64,000 nt of DNA from an uncultured Anaerolineales bacterium (GCA_964344175.1 CAYFMI010000010.1:243-64242), one strand, 5' to 3'. Positions 9,802 through 17,870 are shown, counted from the first letter of the stretch. Numbers and translations are program-made. The notes: generated by a model from the letters alone, not told the origin.

Positions 9802-9953
9802 GGTCCCCCGAATCGCACATTCGGGGTCGTTTTTTTACTTTCCCCATCTCCCCAACCCCCCTCCCCCGCAATTCGGGGGAGGGGCCAGGAGTGGGGGTAA
9901 ATATTTTTTTCAGTTCAGATGCACAGAAAGAATAAATTTGGGGGTGCCTCATG
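9797..9953. mobile_element. MITE/REP-like intergenic repeat, copy 1
   Basis: It aligns along its whole length with 50760..50918. The ends are inverted (CATGAGGTCCCC ... GGGGTGCCTCATG). Internal hairpins are CCCCGAAT/ATTCGGGG and CCTCCCCCG/CGGGGGAGG. No coding capacity is evident. Confidence 0.6.
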
Positions 9954-9955
9954 TC

Positions 9956-11194
9956 TTATCCGCAACCGCCGCCCGATGGGGCGCGTTTCAGTTCGAGTTT
10001 GATCTTCCTCTCGAATTCCATCTCATGGGCAAGATCAAGATCAGGGTAAGCAGCCGGGCAGCCAGAGCCGAGGGCGGCGGTGAATTCATAGCGCAGTTCA
10101 TCATCGGCGCCTGCTTTGATGCCACCGCAGAAATCTTCTTCAAATTCGGTGCCAAAGATGTCTAGCCAGTTGTTGATGCCCCCCTCGAGGATATACACAT
10201 TGGGAACCGATTCGGCGACCATGTGTTTCCATACATCCGTGGCAGAAGTTTCGTCATTACTCATCACCACGAAGACAGTATTGGCGGGTTGCGCAATGAA
10301 TTCGTCGATATGACGGCTAATTTCAGTGGGGAGGATATTTTCAGCATCGAGTAGATGGAAAAGATTATAGTCTGCCTCGCTGCGTACATCGATCATGATG
10401 ATATTCAATTTATGATCGTGCCAGCTTTCCAGCAGTTCGCCGGGGTGGATCTGAAATTGGCGGGCTTCCAGGGCCGGGCCTTTTTCAGGGAGTAAGCGTT
10501 CCCAGCGGTCTTCGGTCGTCGGCTGGCCGACAAAAATCAGACCGACCGCCACCAATACCAGCGCACCGGCGCCAAAATAACGCGCCTTCGGCGCTTTTTT
10601 AGGGTCGATCCCGCCGTAGATTTTCTCGAGTTGTTCGCCACCCCAGAACATAAACAGCGCCATTAACACAACGAGGAGTACTACCCACCCTGTAGGTAGG
10701 CCTAAAAACTCAGGCAGGGTGAAGCGTCCCATATACGATGAGTTGAAAAAAATGTCGTACAAATCTACGCTTTCGCCAAAAACGAAGATCCCGAAGATGG
10801 TACCCAGGGCAAAAAAGATACCGTCAATTTTTAATGTGGCCGCACCGACCAGCGAAGTGCCTGGTCAGTAACCGCCAACGATGAACCCGATCCCCATTAT
10901 GAAGCCGCCAATAATCCCAGGCCAGAGATAAGTGGGGTTGACATAGATCAGGTTGTAATCTAATAATCCAATTGCTGATGCCGAAAATACCAGTACCATC
11001 GCCACAATGATGGCAGTGAACATGACCTTAAGTACGGTCAGGTTCTTGAAGTAAAACTGAGCCGCCAATAAGGGGGAGTTCGCAAAGCCAGAGATTTCGA
11101 GGACATAGCCAAAGGCAAAACCAATCATCAAGAAAACCAGATTGACGCCAATGGGTAGGAATATTTCTGCGAGAGGGAGAGGGAATGGAGACAT
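9956..11194 (-). CDS. YeeE/YedE-family sulfur/selenium transporter half fused to TM segments and a rhodanese-like domain; needs in-frame UGA (10865-10867) decoded, candidate selenoprotein
   Basis: ORFs 10865..11194 and 9956..10762 share one frame, and all 34 codons between them are sense. The TGA falls in GFIVGGY-[TGA]-PGTSLVG. The sequence after the TGA continues as a hydrophobic helix, IDGIFFALGTIFGIFVFG. The rhodanese fold contains IIMIDVRSEADY...ILEGGINNW. The alternative model is two separate genes. Confidence 0.5.
10837..10851 (-). other. candidate bacterial SECIS stem-loop (UGGUC-GGUGC-GGCCA) 13 nt 3' of the UGA
   Basis: It was read on the minus strand. The stem is 5 bp including one G-U pair, and the loop is GGUGC. 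A second possible hairpin, GACCAG-N8-CUGGUC, includes the UGA itself. Confidence 0.25.
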
Positions 11195-11206
11195 GTTATT
11201 GTTCCT

Positions 11207-11779
11207 TTAGTTCCATAGTTTGCGCACAAAATAGGCCAGAGCATAGGCGCCGCCAAATACGGCAAACATAAAAGCCCAGCTTCCTGTGGAAAGTACCGCG
11301 CCGCCAGAAAGCGCTTGCCCCGAGGTGCAGCCGCGCGCCAGACGGGCGCCAAAGCCCATGAACGCCCCGCCAACAAAGGCCATCAGCCAGCGTTTGCGGT
11401 TTGATATATTCGGTCCTTTACCGGTTTCGGGCTTGATGCGTCCATGTAGCCAGCCGGAGAAGAAACCGCCAAGAAGCACGCCGGTGGTTACAAAGACGAT
11501 CCACGAATCGAGCGGGTTCTTGCTGCCGCCAGCCATCGCCAGGAGATAGGGCGTTAGGTCAACGTGCTTAGGGGCAATCAAATCTTCGAAGAAAACCAGA
11601 AAGCGATTCAGTCCGCCTGAGGCCCCTAGGCCGCTCCCGGTGATGAAGAACGACAGAAATAACACGACACCAAGTACCGCGCCCCCCAGGTATGCGTTGA
11701 CGTGATCTTTCTTTTCGCGTTGAAAAATGAACTTTTTCAACGCCGAGGCTTTCTTGGGTGAATGAGTTGCAGTTGTCAT
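11207..11779 (-). CDS. YeeE/YedE family membrane protein (sulfur-transport domain)
   Basis: The 190-aa polytopic protein has the motif GARLARGCTSGQALSGG typical of the family. It lies directly upstream of the second YeeE-like ORF. Confidence 0.7.
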   Translation of the reverse strand: MTTATHSPKKASALKKFIFQREKKDHVNAYLGGAVLGVVLFLSFFITGSGLGASGGLNRFLVFFEDLIAPKHVDLTPYLLAMAGGSKNPLDSWIVFVTTGVLLGGFFSGWLHGRIKPETGKGPNISNRKRWLMAFVGGAFMGFGARLARGCTSGQALSGGAVLSTGSWAFMFAVFGGAYALAYFVRKLWN

Positions 11780-14538
11780 TCTTGAGATTCCTCCTCGGCT
11801 GGGGCATGTACTTCAACTTCGTCCCAGCCCATCATCATAGCTTTGATGCCGGCCATTGGGGTATGACCGGTCGTTGTCAGGTAAACGTGCATCACAATAA
11901 ACGATGCGAACATCCAGGCGACCAGGGTGTGGAAAGGCCCCAAGAAAGGCAGCCCACCCAAACTTTCCGCGATACTGGGCCAGCGTTGCGCGCCCCAGAT
12001 GAGAATGCCGGTGATTCCTTGCAACGGCAGCAGTACATTCAGGATGCCGAAATAGGTCACTTGTTGGAGTGGGTTGAGTTTTCGGCGGGTCGTTTTCTCA
12101 AAGGGATGTTCCGCTCCTTTGAAGATGCCGTTCAGGTAAAATTTTGTCTGGGTGATGGCTTGGTCGAAGAAACCGCGCGGTCTAGGAATGTATTGTTGGA
12201 TTTCGCCGCTGACCAGGTGGTAGAACAATGACAAGGCTGCGTTTATCGCCAGGATGGCGGCGACGATGTTGTGGACGATGACAACCCCGCGGAAACTAAA
12301 CATGCCGAAAGTGTCCGGTTTGTGGATAATCAACCCGGTGAAGAGCAAAAGTACAATGGCGAAGGTTTGCAGCCAATGCCACAGCCGCTCGTAGACGGTA
12401 TACATGTACACGTTTTCAATGCGCGCCTCATGTGTTGGTTGCCGCATTGAAGAATACACACGTAAGCCGCCGTGGGCTACGATCCCTAGCAGAACGCCCA
12501 TAAACATTAGCGATCCGGCCAGGTCTATCCACCCAAGGTTGTTGTGTCCGAGAATGTATAAGTCATTCTGATCGGTATCGGGCCGATAGAACAATGCGCC
12601 GCTTTCATCGGTGTAGATCTCGCCGTCGAGAATTGTGTTCGTATCATTAACGAATTCAGGCATCACACTGCCGGGCGCGTATGACGATAGTTGAATTGGC
12701 TGAGTAATGCGGGATTGTGCACCATGGCAGGCGGCGCAATCTTTCAGCGCCCCATCGCCGCCGACAACATTGTGATTGATGCTGTAGGGTTGCACTTCGC
12801 CTACAATGCGGGGATTCCCCAACCCGATGCGTGTCAGACGGTCTTTGATGAACTGTTCTTTCTCCGATGTATCTATGAGTAGTTCACTTTCATCAAGACT
12901 TCCATCCTGGTTTCCATCGAAGCGCAGCAGTACACCGGGGAGATAATCGCCATTTTCTACATATGCCGCTTGCAAGTCATCCATTCGTACAGGGCGAGGA
13001 GGGTCGCCATAGACCCAGAACCAGGTGGTGATCAAGTTGTGGGGGGCCAGACTGTTGCCACCATCGACATCGGTGCTGGGGAGCAAGACGGGTTCGTACC
13101 CTACCATCAGCGACCGCATGGTATCCTCATCGCCCTCGATGCCGCGACATTCTGTGGCTGCCTGGCCTTCGAGGGTTATCACTGTCCAGTCGTGCTGCAT
13201 ATTCGATGATGAGTACATTTGCGGTATGTGGCAACTTTCGCAGCTAATTGCGGTCATATGGCGGTCTTTGTAAGGCAGCCATTCGTGTGTGTTTTCTACG
13301 CTATGGCAGGAGGCGCACCGCCGCATGGTGTCTTTTAATTCTGGGGCCACCGTGCCCTGGGCGCTATTGCCGCGGGCAAATTGATGGAGCGGCTTTTCAA
13401 GGTAGTCACCAATTTCCAGCCGACGGGGATCGAAGAGCAAGTGTTCGGGCAGTGTACTTTCAGACTCGCGGAAGTAGAGCGGGTTGTTAAGCGAATAGTG
13501 GCAATCGGTGCAGTTTAGCAGGCGTTCTGCGTGCACATCCCAGGGGCGGTTGAGCGTTTCTTTGTTTGCCAGGTTCATGCCCGAATCGGCTAGTTTTTGC
13601 GGTGAGATGATTTGCCCGGTTGTGATGGTGCTCCAGCGTTCGGCAGAGCAGCCCAGCATGACGAGAGGATCTTCTACGTTGTCATGCACCAGACCGTGGC
13701 ACAAGCCGCAATTATCGTTGGTGGGATCTTGAATGATGGGGAGTTCCGCCGAGAGTTCGCCCTCGGTGTTGAAGGCTGCCGCGTTCCAGGTGTAGGTGTC
13801 GCCGCTTTGTTCAACGATGCCGGTTCCCACCAGGGTGGCGGTATTGGCCCAGCCGAAGTTGCCGCGTTGAATCGCTTCTACGCGGGTTTCGTTGTTGGGG
13901 GAGGGAATATGGCAAAGGAAGCAATTCATCTCGATAACGCCGGATGCGCGCCAATCCCAGCCGACCATTTCGCCGGTGTCCTCATCGATGGTAGCTGTCT
14001 CTGGGTTGGTTGGATCAACCTCGAGGCTGGTCAGAGGTTCCCCGCTTTGGGCGTAAATGGCAGGTCCGCCACCGACGTGCCGCGTCCCATAGAGTTGAAT
14101 CCACATCGGGGTGGTTAAGTCAATCCGTTCATCTCCCGCCGGTGAGAGATAGCGATAGCCAATCGAATTCCACTTCCCGAAAAATCCGGGGCTGATATCC
14201 CAGGCGCGTTGGCTGGTGGTTGTGCCGGGTTCGGTGATTTCGTGCAGCCCAATGCTGGCATGGAAACTATGCTGTTCGATGAAATCGGCATTGTGGCAGG
14301 CCCCGCAGGTTTGCATGGTGGATACTGCCGCTCCTGAATCGAGAACGTTGACGCCATTCTCGTCGAGGAAGGGGAAGGTGGGGTGGATGGGGGAGAGTTG
14401 TGGGGCGGTGTTGATTGCTCGCTTGGCTTGGGCGAAGTCCCTCGTGACCAAAACTGCCGCGAACAAGAGCATCACTGCCATGCCGATGAAGATGATTCGT
14501 CGAGTTTTTCGTGGACGAAAGGTAGGTTTTGTTGGCAT
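11776..14538 (-). CDS. heptaheme c-type cytochrome fused to a C-terminal diheme-type cytochrome b (FdnI/PhsC/HydC-like) membrane domain
   Basis: The N-terminus is a signal anchor. There are 7 CxxCH motifs (CGACH, CFLCH, CGLCH, CTDCH, CASCH, CESCH, CAACH). The C-terminal TM helices carry YERLWHWLQTFAIVLLLFTGLIIH and further conserved His residues. Confidence 0.75.
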   Translation of the reverse strand: MPTKPTFRPRKTRRIIFIGMAVMLLFAAVLVTRDFAQAKRAINTAPQLSPIHPTFPFLDENGVNVLDSGAAVSTMQTCGACHNADFIEQHSFHASIGLHEITEPGTTTSQRAWDISPGFFGKWNSIGYRYLSPAGDERIDLTTPMWIQLYGTRHVGGGPAIYAQSGEPLTSLEVDPTNPETATIDEDTGEMVGWDWRASGVIEMNCFLCHIPSPNNETRVEAIQRGNFGWANTATLVGTGIVEQSGDTYTWNAAAFNTEGELSAELPIIQDPTNDNCGLCHGLVHDNVEDPLVMLGCSAERWSTITTGQIISPQKLADSGMNLANKETLNRPWDVHAERLLNCTDCHYSLNNPLYFRESESTLPEHLLFDPRRLEIGDYLEKPLHQFARGNSAQGTVAPELKDTMRRCASCHSVENTHEWLPYKDRHMTAISCESCHIPQMYSSSNMQHDWTVITLEGQAATECRGIEGDEDTMRSLMVGYEPVLLPSTDVDGGNSLAPHNLITTWFWVYGDPPRPVRMDDLQAAYVENGDYLPGVLLRFDGNQDGSLDESELLIDTSEKEQFIKDRLTRIGLGNPRIVGEVQPYSINHNVVGGDGALKDCAACHGAQSRITQPIQLSSYAPGSVMPEFVNDTNTILDGEIYTDESGALFYRPDTDQNDLYILGHNNLGWIDLAGSLMFMGVLLGIVAHGGLRVYSSMRQPTHEARIENVYMYTVYERLWHWLQTFAIVLLLFTGLIIHKPDTFGMFSFRGVVIVHNIVAAILAINAALSLFYHLVSGEIQQYIPRPRGFFDQAITQTKFYLNGIFKGAEHPFEKTTRRKLNPLQQVTYFGILNVLLPLQGITGILIWGAQRWPSIAESLGGLPFLGPFHTLVAWMFASFIVMHVYLTTTGHTPMAGIKAMMMGWDEVEVHAPAEEESQE

Positions 14539-14637
14539 TTGCGAAATATCCTTATCTTGGATGATAGCTTTTCGAGAGCCTGACAGATATCTTTTAGGCT
14601 GAGGGGCTATCAGGTTTCTTTTTGTCGATTCTTAGGT

Positions 14638-16086
14638 TCAGGGCTGATAGCTGTTCGAGCGGAAGCGTCCGCCCCAGTCGATGGGGTCGCCATAATAGCC
14701 GAGGGCTTCCCAATCCATGCGGCCGTTTTCGCCGTGACAGTTATCGCAGGTTAATGCGTCGGAGGCCGGGCTGACCATGTGAGTGGTCGGCCAGTACATT
14801 TCAGTTTCGGCAAAATCGTATTGACCGCTGTAATCGAGACCGACGATTTCAGAGCCAAGCGCCAGCGCTTGATCCCAGTCGAAATCATGCCAGAACCCAC
14901 CTTCCCCGTAGGTAACCGGTTGCAGCAGGATGTTGTAGACGGCATCGTAGGGCTGCTTGGCACGATGGACTTTGAAGGGCCAAATTTTTGCCCCCGGGTC
15001 GGTAATATCCCCATTGGGTATATTGATCGGTGTGGAGACGGATGGATCCATCACATCGCCGAAGATATAGCGACCGGCGGTGCCGTTGTACCAGGCAAAT
15101 TCAGGCTGGAAGTTGGAAGTGTATACGAAGCTGCCCTTGATTTTTAAATAATCGTGAACATTTTCTTCGATGTCGTCGCTGCCAGCGGTGGACCAATCCC
15201 AGTACATTTTTGTGGCATCGCGCGTGGCAGCAACCGGGATGTGACAAGTCTGGCAGGCAACGGCCTGAACATGAGCGTTGATGCGGTCATCTTCGTGGAG
15301 GTCTTCATTATGACAGTCGGTACAGTAAATTTGGTTGGTATTGTCCAGGCTGACAGAAATTGAGCGGCCGCTGATGTTGTGGGCTTCGGTTTGGTGGCAG
15401 TCAGTGCACAAGAAATCGTGCTTGCCCATATGAACATCGACGCTTTCGGGAGGAAAGTAGAGGGTTTCATCAAGGTCGCCGTGTTTTACTGCGTTACCGC
15501 CCCCGCCATTGAAATGACAGCCACCACAGTTTTCGCGCGTTGGCATCGCTACGCTTTGGGCGGCGGTCAGCAGGTCAACGCCTTCAGCAGGGTATCCCGC
15601 AGCGCTTTTTACATAGATGCCGGAGTTGTCGTGGCATACCAGACAGTCAATATTCTCTTGATTCGAAAAATCGAAATTGGCATCATCCCATCCATACCCG
15701 GCATGGCAGGATGTGCAACCTGCCCAGTTGCCTTGAATGCCAATGCAGAAGTTGTTGATCGAATTTTTCTTGCCAACGGTTATGGGGCCATCGCGCCCGG
15801 GCAGGGTGTAGGGTTCGCTTTCCCATGTCCAATGGGCTGTTTGCATGACTTCGAACCCGGCATTTTCGTGACATTCCAGACAAGCACGGGTGACATCAGA
15901 CCCGTTTTCGTAGGGGCCTTCGATGATGTCGCTATGGTCGGTGTGCGGAATTCGAAGAGGGACATTCTCCCAGGGCGCATCGTTAGTTTGTTTTTCGCCG
16001 TTGGTAGTGAAAATGACAATAGGGACGATAAGGATTGTCAATGTGATCGTTAATCCTAACAACCAGATAAATTTTAAGTTTTTCAT
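14638..16086 (-). CDS. octaheme c-type cytochrome, tetrathionate reductase (Otr)-like family, copy 1
   Basis: A signal anchor is followed by 8 CxxCH motifs. The N-terminal signature is CLECHENAGFEVMQTAHWTW. It is a paralog of 43171..44718. Confidence 0.65.
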   Translation of the reverse strand: MKNLKFIWLLGLTITLTILIVPIVIFTTNGEKQTNDAPWENVPLRIPHTDHSDIIEGPYENGSDVTRACLECHENAGFEVMQTAHWTWESEPYTLPGRDGPITVGKKNSINNFCIGIQGNWAGCTSCHAGYGWDDANFDFSNQENIDCLVCHDNSGIYVKSAAGYPAEGVDLLTAAQSVAMPTRENCGGCHFNGGGGNAVKHGDLDETLYFPPESVDVHMGKHDFLCTDCHQTEAHNISGRSISVSLDNTNQIYCTDCHNEDLHEDDRINAHVQAVACQTCHIPVAATRDATKMYWDWSTAGSDDIEENVHDYLKIKGSFVYTSNFQPEFAWYNGTAGRYIFGDVMDPSVSTPINIPNGDITDPGAKIWPFKVHRAKQPYDAVYNILLQPVTYGEGGFWHDFDWDQALALGSEIVGLDYSGQYDFAETEMYWPTTHMVSPASDALTCDNCHGENGRMDWEALGYYGDPIDWGGRFRSNSYQP

Positions 16087-16190
16087 AGCGTGTAAATCCT
16101 ATTTTGATAAGCGCAACTTAGAAGGACGTGCCCGGCTTGGGGGGCAGAATTCTTCTAGCAAGTTGATGTTGTCACGAGGGAGTTTGTTGG

Positions 16191-16556
16191 TTACTTTGAA
16201 TTGGTGGCTTCTTCGACAAGGTAAGCACGATGGGTCAGCCGGTCGTATAGGACAGTGCGCAATAAATCCAATGCTTCGATAAGACGCTTATCGCTGAGGC
16301 GATATTCAACACTAGCGCCTTTGCGGGTGGCGCTAACCAGCCCGCGCTGGCGAAGGATTTTCAAATGCCTGGAAGTGGCAGGCTGGCTAATGCCGATAGA
16401 ATCGGCCAGGTCGCCGACGCTCCAGGGGCGCTCGGCAAGCTGATAGATCATCAATATTCGCCTAGGATCTGCCAGGGCAGAACAGATTTCTGCGTGGAGT
16501 TGATTGATTTCTTGAACGAGATCAGATTTTGTCATGGGTATCATAGCCTTATTCAT
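16191..16556 (-). CDS. ArsR/SmtB-family transcriptional regulator, copy 1
   Basis: The HTH region is LADPRRILMIYQL...VGDLADSIGISQPATSRHLKILRQRGLV. The protein has a single Cys (EICSAL). An internal ATG (Met8) is an alternative start. Confidence 0.8.
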   Translation of the reverse strand: MNKAMIPMTKSDLVQEINQLHAEICSALADPRRILMIYQLAERPWSVGDLADSIGISQPATSRHLKILRQRGLVSATRKGASVEYRLSDKRLIEALDLLRTVLYDRLTHRAYLVEEATNSK

Positions 16557-16602
16557 ATAATCGTATATATCGAGATATTAACATTCAGGAAGATGAACTG
16601 AT

Positions 16603-16618
16603 AGTGAACCTTGTCACA
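16603..16618 (-). promoter_or_regulatory. CRP/FNR-type palindrome TGTGA-N6-TCACT upstream of arsR copy 1
   Basis: The plus strand reads AGTGAaccttgTCACA. The extended match TGATAGTGA-N6-TCACA-N-GGGGGG is shared with 42991..43017. The site lies 47 nt upstream of ATG 16556. Confidence 0.45.
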
Positions 16619-16896
16619 TGGGGGGCGGCCGAATGTCATGTAGATATGACAATAATTGTGATATGTAAAAACTATGTGTCATACGATAAAAAAGATAACC
16701 AATGTCTTATTTGGCGCGTAAAAAATAACCAGCCGCCCACAGGCAACTGGTTAGCTAGGATCATCAAATTTTAAACTTAGAATCGATCTAAAAAATGCTC
16801 TTGGCAGGTTTCCATATCCGCCGATTATTTTTGGATAGGTGCTTAGGAATTCCCCCCTGTGAGATACAATTGCTCAATTTGTGAGTGAGGCAAGTA

Positions 16897-17808
16897 TTAG
16901 ATCAGGGGATAGGGGTACGGTAAATCCAAAATAAATTCCCAGAAAGCACTTTGAGCAATGGTGGTCGGGCGGTTGGTATTACGCCCAATGTAAATATTGC
17001 GGTGGATATTTAGGCCATCAATTTGGATGGGCACTACCCGCCCATAGCCAAGCTTGCGAACGATGATCTCGGACACAAAGCCAACGCCAAGCCCTTCTTG
17101 CACCGCGAGTGCAATCGCTTCGGAATTCCCTAACGTCATGAGAATGTCGAGGGAATTTGTATTCACATCAATTTCGGATAAGGCGGCGTTAACAACAATA
17201 TAGGTGCCGGAATCGATTTCCCTCATCAGGAAATTTTCTTCGAATAACTCTCCGGGCTGGATGATCCCTCTCTGCGCCCAGGGGTGCTCGTTTGGAACAA
17301 TGAGGCTGATCGTGTCTTCGAGAAATTTATGAAATTCAATATTCTTGCAAGGCACTCCCGTTTCACTGGTCAGGGCAAAATTAACGTGGCCCAGGCTGAG
17401 CATTTCAATAGCTTGCGATTGGGGAGATACCTGGCAGGTGATACGGACTTTTGAATATTCGTGGTGAAATTTCGTCAACAAATGGGGGAGGATATATTTC
17501 CCGGGGGTTGTGCTACACCCAACGATGAGATGCCCAAAAACCTCGCCCTGGAGCGATGCCATTGTTTCCTCGATATGAATCGAGTGTCTGACCATTTCCC
17601 TTGCCAGCGGCACAAGCGTGATGGCCGCGTCGGTTAATTGCAAACTACGTGTAGAGCGGATGAAGAGGGGTACTTGAAAATACCGCTCTAGCGCCTGGAT
17701 ATGCTGGCTGACACTGGGTTGGCTCATTCCTAGTTGTTGAGCCGCCTGCGTGAAATTCAGTGAATCAGCTGCAGCTAAAAAGACATTGAGTTGATGGGCA
17801 TCTAACAT
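16897..17808 (-). CDS. LysR-family transcriptional regulator, copy 1
   Basis: The N-terminal HTH is LNVFLAAADSLNFTQAAQQLGMSQPSVSQHIQALE, followed by a LysR substrate-binding domain. ATG 17808 is preferred over the track start TTG 17835. Confidence 0.8.
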   Translation of the reverse strand: MLDAHQLNVFLAAADSLNFTQAAQQLGMSQPSVSQHIQALERYFQVPLFIRSTRSLQLTDAAITLVPLAREMVRHSIHIEETMASLQGEVFGHLIVGCSTTPGKYILPHLLTKFHHEYSKVRITCQVSPQSQAIEMLSLGHVNFALTSETGVPCKNIEFHKFLEDTISLIVPNEHPWAQRGIIQPGELFEENFLMREIDSGTYIVVNAALSEIDVNTNSLDILMTLGNSEAIALAVQEGLGVGFVSEIIVRKLGYGRVVPIQIDGLNIHRNIYIGRNTNRPTTIAQSAFWEFILDLPYPYPLI

Positions 17809-17854
17809 AATATCGCTCTGTTCAAATGATAACAACCCTTTATATTAGCAAACA

Positions 17855-17870
17855 AGTGATAAAGATCACA
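17855..17870 (-). promoter_or_regulatory. CRP/FNR-type palindrome TGTGA-N6-TCACT in the lysR/cytochrome divergent region
   Basis: The plus strand reads AGTGAtaaagaTCACA. The site lies 47 nt upstream of ATG 17808 and 132 nt upstream of ATG 18002. Confidence 0.4.

Noticed and set aside
9593-10165. ORFs 9593..10165, 9675..9935, 50698..50901 and 50796..51074, which span the MITE-like repeats (peptide PLPRNSGEGPGVG).
   Set aside because: They are translation artefacts of a GC-rich hairpin repeat. They overlap real genes and have no start context.
15379-16053. Long antisense ORFs inside cytochrome genes, for example 15379..16053 (+), 13612..14118 (+), 18476..18937 (-), 23231..23689 (-) and 57900..58535 (-).
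   Set aside because: They lie fully within strongly supported genes on the opposite strand. They have no recognisable motifs and show composition typical of antisense frames.
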